Assembly: GCA_036630325.1 (NCBI GenBank)
Contig: CP142734.1
Location: 372,001-436,000 of the forward strand
Direction: 5' to 3'
DNA: 64,000 bases
Origin: Vairimorpha necatrix
Taxonomy: Eukaryota
The notes under the pieces were generated by a model, which did no database searches, was not told the origin of the DNA, and saw only the letters and a list, made by a program, of their open reading frames with translations. The stretch's first letter is position 1; the number at the start of each line of letters is the position of its first letter. A program made the translations under genes and the position numbers. Below, piece by piece: positions 13,471 to 26,449 of this stretch.

Positions 13471-13870
13471 TTTTGGTACCGGACGAAACAGATCATTAAA
13501 AGCAAAAGGTTAAGGACCAAATAATAGATGATAAGTTATATATTTACGAATCAAAGAGAACTAATTATATTACTATTAAGTGAAGGTGCATTGTAAGAAG
13601 CAGTAATGCCTCGGATAACAGTAGTATTGTTTACGTCAGCAATCTCGAATCCTGTATTTATTCATGGTCCATAATCATGAACCAAATGCTGAATCGGTCT
13701 GTAAGAAGAACAAAATAAATAAAATGAAACAAAAAATTATCTCTAGCAAAGATTCCCCTAGAAACATTTTATTTCTTGCCTTAAGAGGGGCAGGGGAAGA
13801 AACTATCGCCGTGTAAGCCCTATGAGTCTATTACAAGAATATTAAGGAATTCTAGGATAAATTTCTTAAC

Positions 13871-13902
13871 CCAACCAAACACCAACCAAACACCAACCAA
13901 AC
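13871..13902. repeat. Tandem repeat (CCAACCAAACA) x~3
   Basis: Read directly from the sequence. Confidence 0.9.
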
Positions 13903-13998
13903 TTTGAGTTTATGTGCTGATTTACTAATTAGGAATACAGGCGAACAATGGTATCAATATGGGCCTAAAGATTTCGCGAGTGATGAACACAATGATAA

Positions 13999-15066
13999 AG
14001 CTCTAGGGCCTATTCCCGTGAATTTTTTTATAAAAGGGGACCCTTAAAAAAAAAATTATAGAAAAAAAAAGAATCTATATTATATATTTCGAATTAAAAG
14101 TTTTAAGAGTGTTAAAAGGGCGTCTTTATTGCCATTGGAATTGTGAGTTTTAAAATTTCTTCTCCTCCAAACATATACTTCTATACCCTGATTTCCTTTT
14201 CGTTTTGATGTCAGATTTGAAATTAAATCATTCACATTCTATTAAATTAGTGTGGTACCCATCAGCATCGTATATCCTTCCTCATGATTCACGATTTTAT
14301 GTACTATGCCAATTCCAGCAATAGCGTATGGGTAAGATCTGGGCCCATAGTTTTTATTACAGACAAAAGACTAATATTTTCAGGGTAAAAGTTGGAGAAT
14401 GTTTCTTTTTTTTATTTGGGATAACTTTAAGAACTAGTTTTTTCTTCAAACGCACCAATTATCCATGTAGCTTTACTAATTGAATCATACGTTTCAGATG
14501 GTGACTTTATAAGTTTTCCTTTTATTATAACACTCTCATCCACTTGTATTGGGTGCTCTGGCCCCAATTTCTCCCATGTATTCATATTATCTTCAGTTAT
14601 TACTTCTATAATATTCCTTTTAATTCTTTTTATAGTATTTAATAAGACAAAAGTATTTTTATTAATATTATATCAAAATTTATTTCTAGTCATGAATATA
14701 TTATAAATAAGTATTTGCTTGCGTCTATCTTTGGACTTGAAATTTTTAGACCCTCAAAAACTGATTTTGATTTTCTACACAATAAGTTAGAACATCTGAA
14801 TAGAAAACTGTTCGAATAATAAATGTCATGTTCCAAAACCATGCTCTCGTAACATTTTGAGCATGTTTTAAATTCTTCAAGTAAGCCATGCCTTTGAACA
14901 AAGGCCATGGATGCTTCATTTGAAGAAAAAATGTCAGATCTCGAATTTTTTGGTTCTTCTTCAAAATTATTCATTTTTTAGGGGTTGTAAAAATTTCCCA
15001 GTTTAGGGCCTATCCCCGGGAAATGCCGTATTTTTTACGTTCATTACCCGGATAGGCCCTGGCGCC
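13999..15066 (-). mobile_element. Merlin/IS1595-like transposon with a disrupted transposase
   Basis: Degenerate TIR GGCGCCAGGGCCTAT; TSD AATGATAA/AATGATAG; N-terminal CxxC..C..C (14690-14974); QVDES, VNHEEGY and HTNLIE motifs. Confidence 0.88.
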
Positions 15067-15399
15067 AATGATAGTATAATAATTTAAGATACAGATTCGT
15101 CTATGGAAAAATTGGCACAGTATGACATGTGGGTGGTAAATTGGACCTTTGCAGTAGTCCCAATTCCGTATTATCAACTTTGTACCATTAGTTTTATCCG
15201 TGATGCCCATGCACTCAAGATAATATTTACTGTTACCGGCTGTGTTGCACACGCCAATAATCAGACTAAAACTGAAAGATGAAACAGTTGATAATGATCT
15301 GAAACCATCTAGGTTTCAGATCCGAAACTAAAACTATTTAAGAAATCTTAAATAGACTAAACATGCCAAATAAATATAGTTATTCTTCTAATAAAAAGC

Positions 15400-16200
15400 C
15401 TTCTTCAATAACCAGCTCTCCTTCTGGTAACATTTACAATTTGAAAGATAAAAGTTGTGAAACCTATTTTTTGTTCTGAATGGTAAAGAGAAGCTTCCAG
15501 AGCTCAACCCAAGGTTTATAAAAACAAATTTGAAGTATGCTGCGATAAGAGCATTTTCCATAGTTTCCCCGATTGTCAAATTTCAGCTTGTTTTTTTCGC
15601 TTAACCCAGGCTATTGATAGACGTGTTAAAAGTTCGGGGGTTCATCTGTTTACACATGTAAATCTATGGTTAAAATATTTCTTTTGTCTCTTACAGCACT
15701 CATATGTTGAATATGACGAAATATTATCTTCTTTTTTGGAAATATAACAAGAAAGGAGTTTTTCGGAATGCTTGACTGAGTTATATTTCTATTTCTTTAC
15801 AAATTACATTGATTTAAGATACCGTTTTCCGCCGAATTTATGGTACACGCAAAAACATAAAAATTTAGTTTTCAAGAACGTATATGCCATTGAAGGTTGT
15901 CATAATACCTTTAAAGACACATTTGGTACAAGTAGCTACAGTTTTCATTTATTAGTAAGCAATTTTAAGAATAAAGAAGATATAGTTAGAATCAAGATAA
16001 TGCAACGACCCGTTTTAAATCATGTTTTCGAACGTAGACAAAAATACATTGATAAAGAGAAACGGCTAACAGAATTTTTTAATAAAACTGAAGTTGAAGG
16101 TTTTGGTGCAGATTTTGTCTTTATAATTATTGAACTATTAAGGTTTTATTTTCACTTTTATTTTTCGGAAGTTTCGTCCCGGCCATATGGGTTAAAATAA
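15400..16200 (+). mobile_element. Mutator-like (MULE) transposase remnant
   Basis: PDCQISACFFRLTQAI and YI..RFPPNLW...AIEGCHNTF resemble the MULE DDE core and C-terminus; element ends not defined. Confidence 0.7.
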
Positions 16201-17534
16201 TATTTATGGGTCAAAAACGTCTCAAGTAGAGCTTTTAACCCCATACAATATCATCTTTATTTGATTACCTTTTACATATTTTTATTTCGATATTAAGTAT
16301 TATCCCTTTCAAAATCCTCATAAATTTTTTTTTCAATTCTAACCCACTGAAGTTTTTGTTAATGTTATTTAGATGTTTGACGTAATCCAGAGGAGCTACC
16401 TCTGGATAAATAATGTTCTAATAAATTAATAGTTTTATTATTGGTTTTATAGCCTCGTTGGGCATCTGCATTGGGAGTCTGGTCCCTGGCTTTAGAGCCC
16501 TTCCTTGGTCTTGCGTTCCAAGGGAATTGTTCGCTATTCTGTTTATTCATCCGGTGGGGGTCAGGGCAAAAAAGAAATAAATATTTGATTTTTGGAATAG
16601 ACCGGTCGAATGGTCTATTTTCCAAAAAGGGTAAATTGATAAAAATAAAATAATTAATTTGTGGTATTTGTAATACCACAATGTTATAATCAGTACAAAA
16701 ATACAAACATGATATTATTATTTATAGGTATACTTTAATATGTATAAAAGTCTACAATCATACAATTAGTGACACCCTTTTTTGGCTTACTTTTTACTTG
16801 ACATTATAAACCTAGAACTCTTTGTTATTGCATTATTACATAACTTCTTATATTCTACTGTGTTTAAGGGTAAATAGATTCACACTGGCCACATAATATT
16901 TGTGCCAATCACTAAAGATTTAAATTTTTCAAAATGAAATTCAAGATATCCTACTAAGACACTTTTGTTCTTAAGAAAAATCTAAATAATAAGAAGGCTT
17001 TGTATTATTTCGTAGTAATTAAATTGCTTTCAAAATATTGTTATTATCTTAAATTTAGTTTTGTATCTGTGCGAAGAAATATAAGTTTATTTGCCTAGTG
17101 TTTATCTAGTTTGAAAAAAAATAAGAAGAAATTGCATCTGTAGACTGAACAATATGAGTTAAAGTCACTATTGAAATAATTGTCATGGAGCAATAGTAAA
17201 TGACAGAAGACAAAGCCAGTCTATTGGGCATTAGAATATAAATATCTTTATAATCTAAGGTGCCTACATTCTATGATGTGGTTAGTAAGGTATATGATAT
17301 AAATGTTAACAATGATTATTTATTTAAAAATTATCTTCTATGCATAAAGCAAAGAGATATAATCATCTAGAGAAATGTATCTAGGCCCATATCGATCTCG
17401 ATTTTGAATGGAATATTAAACTGCAAGATAAATTCTGGGTGTAGCCTGTAGAAGCTCAAGCATATTAATTCTGACATGGGGATTTTGAGCGAACTAAGAG
17501 GATGGGCGAAGTAGAGCAACGATAGTCTTATGTT

Positions 17535-18050
17535 CTTTTTTTTCTTTGCAAAGAGGTAGGGAGAACCGTCACATAGAAACCAGGAAGATTTGTTGTTGAT
17601 TTGGACCTACTTGATTTTATATAATTCTTATCGACATAATTTCCTCTAAATATTTGCTGGATAAGCAATTTCTGTCGTAAAACTTGAACTTTGGCTTCGG
17701 GAGAATAAATTTTACAACTATACCTTCAATCACGTCAGTGTTTTTTAACGAATATAATAAACAGGCATGGTTTTAATAACTCGGGGAGAGTCATCTTCGT
17801 CTAAACAAAAGTGTATTGATCATCTTTTATACACAAAACAACTTACACCGCCGCTGATCAGCCGTTATTTTTTTGGTTGAGTTGACTTCTTTTCTACCAA
17901 CAATTTTGATCATCGTGGAATAGTGCCCACAAGACTTTATCTTGTTAAGGTGCCTAAGGTCTCTTGGTTGGCTCTAAACCACGCCCAAAAAATGTAAAAG
18001 TCATGGGCTTAAATCAGTAATTACCCAGTTGATACTTTTATCTATCGAGA
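17535..18050 (-). repeat. Decayed coding relic of the unidentified family, copy C
   Basis: Reverse-complement similarity to ~1240-1745; may extend left to ~16850. Confidence 0.6.
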
Positions 18051-18197
18051 GTCCAATGTTCTAGGTTTGATGATGCATTTTAAAATATGTGCTATTCTCC
18101 TTATAATTAGACTCTAAAAGTTATATTAAATCAAATTAAGATTGTTGAATATTTTTACTATCTGTGTGGATCAACTGCATCATAAGAAGTAGAAATA

Positions 18198-18273
18198 TTT
18201 AGGTGTTAGGGGATCCGAACCCGAATATGCCTAAGGGAAACTTTACTTGAACTTAGGCTAAAGGACACCTAAA
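18198..18273. other. Compact three-stem structured element, function unknown
   Basis: TTTAGGTGT/ACACCTAAA outer stem, GCCTAAG/CTTAGGC inner stem, GGG-N7-CCC hairpin (minus strand GGGTTCGGATCCC). Confidence 0.4.
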
Positions 18274-18911
18274 AGTTAAATAAAATTTAAGAAACGATTT
18301 GAGTTTCTCATGTAACAAAGTTTTTTTTTTGATTAATATTTTAAATAAAATATTTGCACTATGAACCAAATTGTACCATCAAGTCAAAATTTGTTGTTAC
18401 TTTGTAAATATAAGCACTAAACTTCGTTAAAAGATTCCAATAACAAGAAATAGAGAAGCAAAAAATAAGTAAAATTATTTTAGTAAGCAGCAAAGAATTC
18501 TTAATATGCAAATCGCTTGATACATGTTTTATTTTATAGAAGAAAACCAATTTACCATGTCCTGGAATATATGAAAGTATCTAATAATTTTTTGAGAAAT
18601 TATAAAAAACATTTATAAAAATATTGAATATTTATATAATCTATAACATTCCTTTTTCATTTTTTTAGTTTGTTTTTATATTTTTGTTTCTTTTCTACAT
18701 TTCAAGTTTTTATTTTTGAAAAAGCACAAAAATTAAAGAAAAATATAAATTTTTACTTTGTAGACTGTAATTTTCAACTAAAATATCTAAAAGTATATTT
18801 TTGATCCTAAAACATTTTCTTTTTAAAAATTTATAATATATTTTTTTCATATTGCCTTCATCTCAATTTTCAATTTTTCTTTAAATGTTTTTTTTAATTT
18901 TAAAACAGGGT

Positions 18912-19247
18912 ATGAATAACACAGCTAATCTAAAGAGGGAAATCGAATTAACTTCTAAACTATATTATAAATCAAAGAACCAGTTTAAATCATCAATAAT
19001 ACTTAGTAGACTGAACGAAGTTAGAAAAAGAGGCAAAATATTTCTAAAAAACAATACAATAAAAAATAAAGAACTTTTACAATGTTCTTGCATTAACTTG
19101 TACATTTCAGCATCTTCTAATTATACGCTTGGACACTTTATTAAATTTTCAATTGTTTTATTTGGTATTTCTAGTCGTATATATACCAGTGTACAATGTT
19201 ATAGTGAAACTATAGATGAAATTGATGATATTTTTGAAGATTTATAA
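18912..19247 (+). CDS. Rmp1/NEPRO-like (DUF4477) RNase MRP protein subunit
   Basis: LYYKSKNQF...LNEVRK and LGHF..FSIVLFGISSRIY resemble Rmp1-family motifs from memory; ATG at 18912 follows a GGG motif. Confidence 0.6.
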   Translation: MNNTANLKREIELTSKLYYKSKNQFKSSIILSRLNEVRKRGKIFLKNNTIKNKELLQCSCINLYISASSNYTLGHFIKFSIVLFGISSRIYTSVQCYSETIDEIDDIFEDL

Positions 19248-19342
19248 TTAAATAAACTATTTAGTGATTTAGAAATCCATTTATATAATTGAATTTTTCT
19301 AAAACAACTTACATTATGTTTGTGTAGTACTAAATATAATTA

Positions 19343-20552
19343 GGCGCATCGGTCAGAACCCGGACTTTTTTTCTCTCTAAGGGGGGACCCTTAGAGAGAA
19401 ACAAAAAAAAATAATAAAAAACCATTTTATTCTAAGAATATTTTGATAATTTCAATGAAGAACTCTCTTGAAATTTTGATGTTTTTATAAATTGCACATC
19501 TTCTTCTTCACTTAAATTCTTCCAAAAAATCAGGGATAGCACTTTCTTTGATCCCTTTTCTAGCTATTATATCACATTTAAGATGTGACCAAACACCTTC
19601 TATTAAGTTTGTGGTCTCTCCTGCTTCGTTTTTAAAGCCTTCATCATGAATTACAACGCGATGATCACCGTTGATAGATTCTACTGCAGCGGGATAAGAT
19701 TTATGACCATCAGTTATGCATGTAGTGTCGTTTTTTATATACTTTTTAAAAAACCGAGTCATCGTCTGTATAGTCCGGTTAGGTACTATTTCGATTCTCA
19801 GTTCTAACGTTCGCTCGTCTATCGTCCCTACCAACCACATACAGTTTTTGACTGTGCCATATCTTTCCGATGGAGATTTGACAAACTTCTCCTTTACTAT
19901 AACCATTTCATCGGTCTATGTCACTTCTTCAAATCCTCCAATTTTTTTTTGGTGTTTGAGATTTTCTTTTTTCAGTGCTTCGTATATTTTTTTTTTAGCC
20001 CTGAAGACACTGGAAGCAGACACCCGGGAATTTTTGTTTAGGTTTAGTGTAGACTGCTTTTCAGTGAACGAATACAGAATATACAAATAATTATGTATAG
20101 GTATTCGGGGATTAGAAAATGAAGTTTTATCAAAAACTCCGATTGATGTTCCACATCCAGTCTTCCCCTACACTTAAACCGGTGGCAGTTCATGTACGAA
20201 TCGTCCGGTGTTAATATCATTATACCAGGACATTTCGTACATTCCATTGTTGTTTTTAGTAGATTTTTATCCACTAACCAACATATTGCCTCATGTGGGT
20301 CTTGGAATATTTTCGACCTACTGTCAAGCGGCTCCATACATACCATAAGGGTAAAATATTTTTGAAAAAATCATCTAAAAAACAAAAATGTTTATAACTC
20401 AAGAAATGTTAATGCGAATGAAATTTAAACAAATCTGTAAAATTTCGACTCTTGGGGATATGGTTCGTAAAAAACATTTCCCCACTTTACGGTCAGTACC
20501 CGGATTCAGTACGTAAAATATTATGGAAAGTCCGGGTTCTGACCGTTGCGCC
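19343..20552 (-). mobile_element. Merlin transposon, near full length, transposase disrupted
   Basis: 26-bp TIR GGCGCA(T/A)CGGTCAGAACCCGGACTTT; 8-bp TSD TATAATTA; ORFs 20044-20346 (CxxC) and 19508-19906 (ITDGHKSY, TNLIEGVWSHLK); frameshift plus an in-frame TAG. Confidence 0.95.
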
Positions 20553-21049
20553 TATAATTATTATAATGTTATACTTTTGCATATTAGCGGCACCAGGGAA
20601 TTCGTCCTACTTCCCTCAAAGCGTATGAAAAAAAACCACTTCTTTGAAATCAATAAAACTCTTTATTCTTGTTGCAGTATGAATTTTTGCAACATGTCTG
20701 TCATACCCTCACTATGACCAATTATACTCAAGGAAATAGTTGTTTCAGATCAATGTTTTAATTGGTACTCGTGTAACCAATTATATTTGATTTGATTCAG
20801 AAAAAACTATTTAAGAAAATTATTTTTAAATAAATATGAATTACTCTTCAACTTGTAAATCTATTTACATTTCCTTTTTAAAAACCAACAAGGTACCGCC
20901 AAGACATGGCAATGTCAAATTTCTCATATTTAAGAAAAAATTGAATTGTTTATAAAATTATTTGTTATAAATAATTTTCATAAAAAGAAGGGTACGCGGC
21001 AAAAGAAGAAGATAAGAAACAGATGTAAAAGGAGGTAGAGAACCAAACA

Positions 21050-22393
21050 ACAATAACAAAAGATTTATTGAGTTAATTTATCATTAGTTTTAAATAATTA
21101 TAACACTGCATTCCCCGGTATCTCTCATAGGATTTTGCTCTTCGCAGAATTTGGTTTGAGTTGATTTATTTATACTTTCGAACTTCACTTTTTCAGCTTT
21201 ATTCCATTTTGCCGACACCACTTCTTTAACAGACGCCATATTCGCTAGTGCGCTTACAGCTCTAGCCACTTCTTCTCCTGCATCCTCCTGATCGTATCCT
21301 CGTCGTCGTTCCAAATATATAAACTCTAGAGTCTTCTTCATCACAATAGATTGGACGTATGCTTCCAGGTAGGGTTGGATTTCTAGTTCCCCGATGTACT
21401 TTCTGTGATATTTGTTCACTATTACATCCCCATGTCATTACATAAGGAACTATTCTTGTATGGGATTTTTGTAGTAGTCCCAGTTCATTTGCAAGAAGTC
21501 ATATTTCCTTGTTTATCATTCTCAACTATAGTAAGTCGATTCTGTTAATTATACCAACTTCAACTTTTAAAATTTCTTTCTTATTCTTGTCAAATACAAG
21601 AATATCAGGCTTATTATGGGTCACCTTTATATTAGTGGATATTCTCGTACCTATTCTTATCTCCACACGATCATTTCCATGATCTCTTTATAGAGTTTCC
21701 ACGTATTTTCTTTGTCTTCTTAAACCCATATTACATACATAGTAAGAGATGTATGCATCTAACTTCCTCGTTGGGCCTTTTCATATAATTGAACTCAACA
21801 TTTGATAACACTTATTAGCTAATGATCCACAATCTTCCCATGAGATCTACAATGAAGACATTGTCCCACTCTATTGTCTACAGAAAATATTTCTATCCTG
21901 TAGGAAGGAGTGAATTGCTTGGGTCTAGCCTGATGGTTTCCTTACAACATCCAGGTAGAAGAATCCTTGATGATTACTAAATCTACCCCCTTAGCTTTAA
22001 ACAATTTTTCATGGTTTGTCCTTATTTTAATTTAGCTGTAAAGCGCTTCTTTCTAGGATTCTATTAGCATCTTCCGTGGATCTCTCCTACAAAGCTATAC
22101 CAGATCCTTAGATACTCGTTAATTGTAAACAAGTGGGATTTGCACTCCGCTTCTCTTTAAGAATCGCTGCCCGTCTCAGTTGACTACTTCGTAGACTATA
22201 TAATGTTTTATAAATATTCAGAAGCTTTTTTCGCTTCTATCTTCGATACTTATGAGCTTCTTCCCATTTTGGATCTAGGTAGGTATAGTCTTTCCCTGCA
22301 GGCTGGCTGTAGATGGACCTGGTACTTGGTAAGTACATGTCGGATATCAAAATTGAGACCTTTGAAATGTATTCGTATAATTTTAGAAGTCCT
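21050..22393 (-). mobile_element. RLE-type (R2/R4-like) non-LTR retrotransposon, 3' part (Zn-knuckle remnant and restriction-like endonuclease)
   Basis: HNKPDILVFDKNKKEILKVEVGI...RKYD.LANEL; continues at 26425-26449 and 32397-32750. Confidence 0.85.
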
Positions 22394-22472
22394 TGTGGTA
22401 TTACCACACGTAAAATTATCTTTCAAATATTTTATTCCTCAAATATATAAAAAGAAATAATTTTTTAACCCC

Positions 22473-23374
22473 ATGCCTTTCAAGAGCAATCAAGAGAAAA
22501 TGAATAAATCTTTTCCAATTAAGGATTATACTACAGGGATCGATGTATCCAAGTGCCACAGCATCCTAGAGAACTACCTCAGGACGGGACACATCCCTGT
22601 GCACGACCTCAAGTTGAATTCAACGACAACAATTGCAAACAACTTCAATAAACACAGAAGTGATGAATACGCCCAGTTCACCATGCAGGTTCTTGGAACT
22701 GAAGAAAAAATTCAAGAAAGAATTAAGAAAATCTTTAACGTACGACAAGAATAGAGCTTTCATGGTTTAAAAGATTTGAACACTTATCTAAATGTAATAG
22801 CTGGAATGACTCACAGATGGGACTAATTGCTTATAGCCTCATACTAGATGAATACTACAAGGAGGAACTAGACAGTACTTCATACTTGCAACTGAAAAAG
22901 GAATTACTTGCTATCAAGTATCCCCTTGAAAACAAAAGACTATACCTAAATAAACTGGAGAACATCAAGCAGAGTAACTTCAGAACTGTGAAAGAATACT
23001 TCAATAAGATAACCAAAGATCTCGAGGTGTATAGCTTTCTGGGACACATGAGCAAAGTCGAAACTGATAGAAGAACAGAAGAAATCTTCTTACGAGGGTT
23101 AAAACCATATACCGACATGGAACTATATAAAGCCGGGATACACAATAAAACACTACGAGAGATCATTCTTCACCTAGAAAGAATAGAATTGGGACTCTTA
23201 GTGCATAGTGAGAGAAGTAAGAAAATGATGCTACCTCAAAAACCCCCCAAACTAAAGCTCCACTTTCAAGTACTAAATGGTGCACTCACCATAGAAATAA
23301 TACCCACAATAGTAAAGATTGCTATTTCCTTAACAACAATAAAGGCATCAAGGAAAAAGAAATTAAAACAATGA
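22473..23374 (+). pseudogene. Gag, interrupted; start codon inside the 5' LTR
   Basis: ACCCC-ATG at 22473; stop at 22752-22754; frameshifts at ~22817 and ~23240; WCTHHRNNTHNSKDC motif in the pol frame. Confidence 0.8.
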
Positions 23375-26195
23375 TATTACGTGAAGAGAACGAACATGAA
23401 CCCTTAGAACTGATATTAGAAGGTACTACCCAAGGAAACAACATAAATCTATTAATCGATTCTGGATCACACCGCAACTATGTACGAAGTGATGTAATAA
23501 AAAGCCTTGATCTATCAGTAGAGGACTGCAAGCCACTAAGAACTACATTTGGAGATGGTACTCACAGGATCATAAGCAAACAAGCTTTAATCAACGTCAC
23601 TCTACCAAACAGAAAAAATTACCATATTAACTTTAAGATATTAGACAATGCACCGATAGAATTTTTGTTAGGAAACGAATTTCTTACTTCATACAATGCT
23701 ATTTTAAATTATAAGGATCGTACAATCGTGCTGGATAACGACATCGTAGTTCTAAAAAATGCGAGAAAAAATATCGACGAAATACTAGAGGATAGGTTAA
23801 TGGACAATATATGTAGTGTCGTTCAAGAAGATGAAATAATTAAATATTTAAAGTTTTACCAACAGAACAACAACAATTTTAGTCATATTAACAACTTAAA
23901 AGTAGAGTTTAAAATAATAAAGGAACCGAAAAATATGAAGCCAAAAAATTACAGCGTTCCGTTTAAATTTCTGGAAAGGGCCAAAGACGAAGTAAATAGA
24001 CTACTTAAAGAAAACATTATAGAGAAAAGCGAATCACATATCACGAGTCCGGCCTTTTTCAAGGAAAAAAAGAAGACTAATGAACTACGACTGGTCGTAG
24101 ATTATCGAGAAATATACAAATACATTGGAGACGACATATGGAACATTCCAAATATTGAAGACTCAATTACACTCATGGGAGAAAATTTATATTTCAGTCA
24201 AATTGATTTAAAAAATGGGTTTAACCAAATTCTTTTAGAAGAAAATAGCAAAAAGTACACGTCATTTTTCTTGTTAGGAAAACAATACCAATATAAAAGA
24301 ATACCTTTTGGGATAAAACCGGGCCCGAAAATCTTCCAAAGAAAAATCTCAAACATGCTAGAAGAAATAAGTAACATCTTTGTGTACATTGACGACATAA
24401 TTATTTTCAACAAGACCAAAGAAGAACATACTGCGACCCTATTACAAGTACTTCAACGACTATTTGAACACCACATTAAAGTTAATTTTGAAAAATCAAA
24501 ATTCTTTCAATCAGAAGTAGAAGTATTAGGATACGTCGTAAAAAGTGATGGAATTTACGCAAAACAGTCTTATCTAGAAAATAAAATCTTCTACAAGGAA
24601 ATCAAAACACTAAAAGATGTACAAAAACTATTAGGAGTCATGAACTGGTACAGGAAATTTCTACCTGATTTGTCAATGAAACTACATGCAATTAGTGATC
24701 TACTAAAGAAAGAAAACAAAAACAAAGCACTCACCCAAGAAATGAAATTAGAGATTGAAAGGATGAAACTACATATCCGCCAAAATCATTAACTATGTTT
24801 TCCCAACTTTAAAAAGAAATTTAAACTCAACTGCGATGCTAGTGAGTTGGGAATGGGAAGTGTATTATACCAAGAAGATAGAATCATAGGCTATTATAGC
24901 AAAAAATTTGGAGGACCGGAACTTAACTATACAATAGTAGAAAAGGAGTATCTCTCAATAATGCTATCAATGATTCACTTTAGAAAAATTACACAGGGAT
25001 CTTACATAGAAGTCTACACAGACAGTAAAAACTGCGTAATGGGATGCAATAAAGAAACTTCAAGAATACTAAGATGGAAGCTAAACATGAATGAATTTGA
25101 TTACGACCTTTTTCACGTAGATGGCAAAGAAAATGTAATAGCCGACAACTTATCAAGATGCTTTGCAATCACTGAAGAGGAAACCCCTAAAATAAAAGAA
25201 TACATCGCAAGTTTGCAAAAGGCAAGCCACTACAGAGACGGAGAATATTTACTGGACTCAAAGGGTAAAATCATCCTAAAGGATGCCGAAACAAAAATGT
25301 TTTTAAAGAACAATCACGTGTTATTTGGTCATCGGGGCATTACCACGATGTATAACAACTTGAAAAATATAGTCTACGTAAAAAACGTCATTCAAAACTT
25401 AAAGGATATAATATCAAAATGTGAAATTTGTAAAAGATATAAACCACGAAATAACGGAATAGAGACTAAAGGACCCCATATATCTGCCAACCATAAATTT
25501 GAAAAAATAAGCAGCGACATTTTCGGACCTTTTAAATTAAATGACTACATTCATAAGGGGAAAAAGGAGGCAGGATATATCTTGTCCATCACAGACATAT
25601 ATTCTAGATTTACAAGATTATACTTCTATTACAATGTTGGAGCAAGTAAAGTCATAGAGGCCTTAACCCAATGGGAAAGAGATTACGGCAAACCAAAACA
25701 AATCATATCTGATAACGGAAAACAGTACATTGGTAGAGAACTTAAAACATACTTAGACAATGCAAAGATCACTCATACACTAATTCCAACCTACAGTCCG
25801 AGATCCAATGGAATATCTGAATCTTTAAACAAAACCATTGCGTTTATCTTAGCAATAAACAAGAAAAGAAACATTCAGCCAATCCTCGCCGACATCGAGG
25901 ATACAATAAACATGAACCATAATCGCACCATAGGAACATCGCCCCTTGCAGCCATCAAGCAGTTCTCTGTATTCGATCCCCTACACAACAAAACCACGGA
26001 AAATCGCGACCATACATCATTCCACCATGCAAAGTCAACATAGGAGATTTAGTATACGCCAAAGACCATCACGCCAAAAAGCTAGATAAGAAATTTAAAA
26101 GGAAGAAACGAGTCACGGAGATAGGACGGAAGGGAAGGTGGATTAGACTAGAAGGAGACCGTCACATGACGCACATAATGGACGTCAAATTATAG
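23371..26195 (+). pseudogene. Pol (protease LIDSGS, RT YIDD, RNase H CDAS, integrase), with an in-frame TAA at 24790 and a frameshift near 26040
   Basis: ORFs 23371..24792 and 24847..26043 share a frame; the C-terminal tail continues in another frame. Confidence 0.92.
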
Positions 26196-26449
26196 GAGAG
26201 GCAGAATGTGGTATTACCACACGTAAAATTATCTTTCAAATATTTTGTTCCTCAAATATATAAAAAGAAATAATTTTTTAACCCCATGCCTTTCAAGAGC
26301 AATCAAGAGAAAATGAATAAATCTTTTCCAATTAAGGATTATACTACAGGGATCGATGTATCCAAGTGCCACAGCATCCTAGAGAACTACCTCAGGACGG
26401 GACACATCCCTGTGCACGACCTCAGTCCTACATGATAGCTTTTTACTTA

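Larger units (their letters stand above)
22394..26424 (+). mobile_element. Young full-length Ty3/Gypsy LTR retrotransposon with inactivated ORFs
   Basis: 218-bp LTRs 22394-22611 and 26207-26424 (1 mismatch seen); 5-bp TSD GTCCT; PPT AGGAGAGGCAGAA; gag-PR-RT-RH-IN order. Confidence 0.97.

Noticed and set aside
13871-13902. CRISPR or telomeric repeat
   Set aside because: Three spacerless 11-mers in eukaryotic DNA; a simple minisatellite.
15270-15330. Hammerhead ribozyme (11-bp hairpin GATCTGAAACC/GGTTTCAGATC followed by CGAAAC)
   Set aside because: The core reads TTGATAA instead of CTGANGA, and no stem III or NUH partner was found.
16365-16550. Short GC-richer ORF after a CCCC motif (MNKQNSEQFPW...)
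   Set aside because: May be the 5' end of a TE ORF or a small gene, but there is no motif or second copy to support a call.
20588-20900. Possible small Merlin-type MITE (GCGGCACC...GGTACCGCC)
   Set aside because: The inverted match is too short and there is no TSD.
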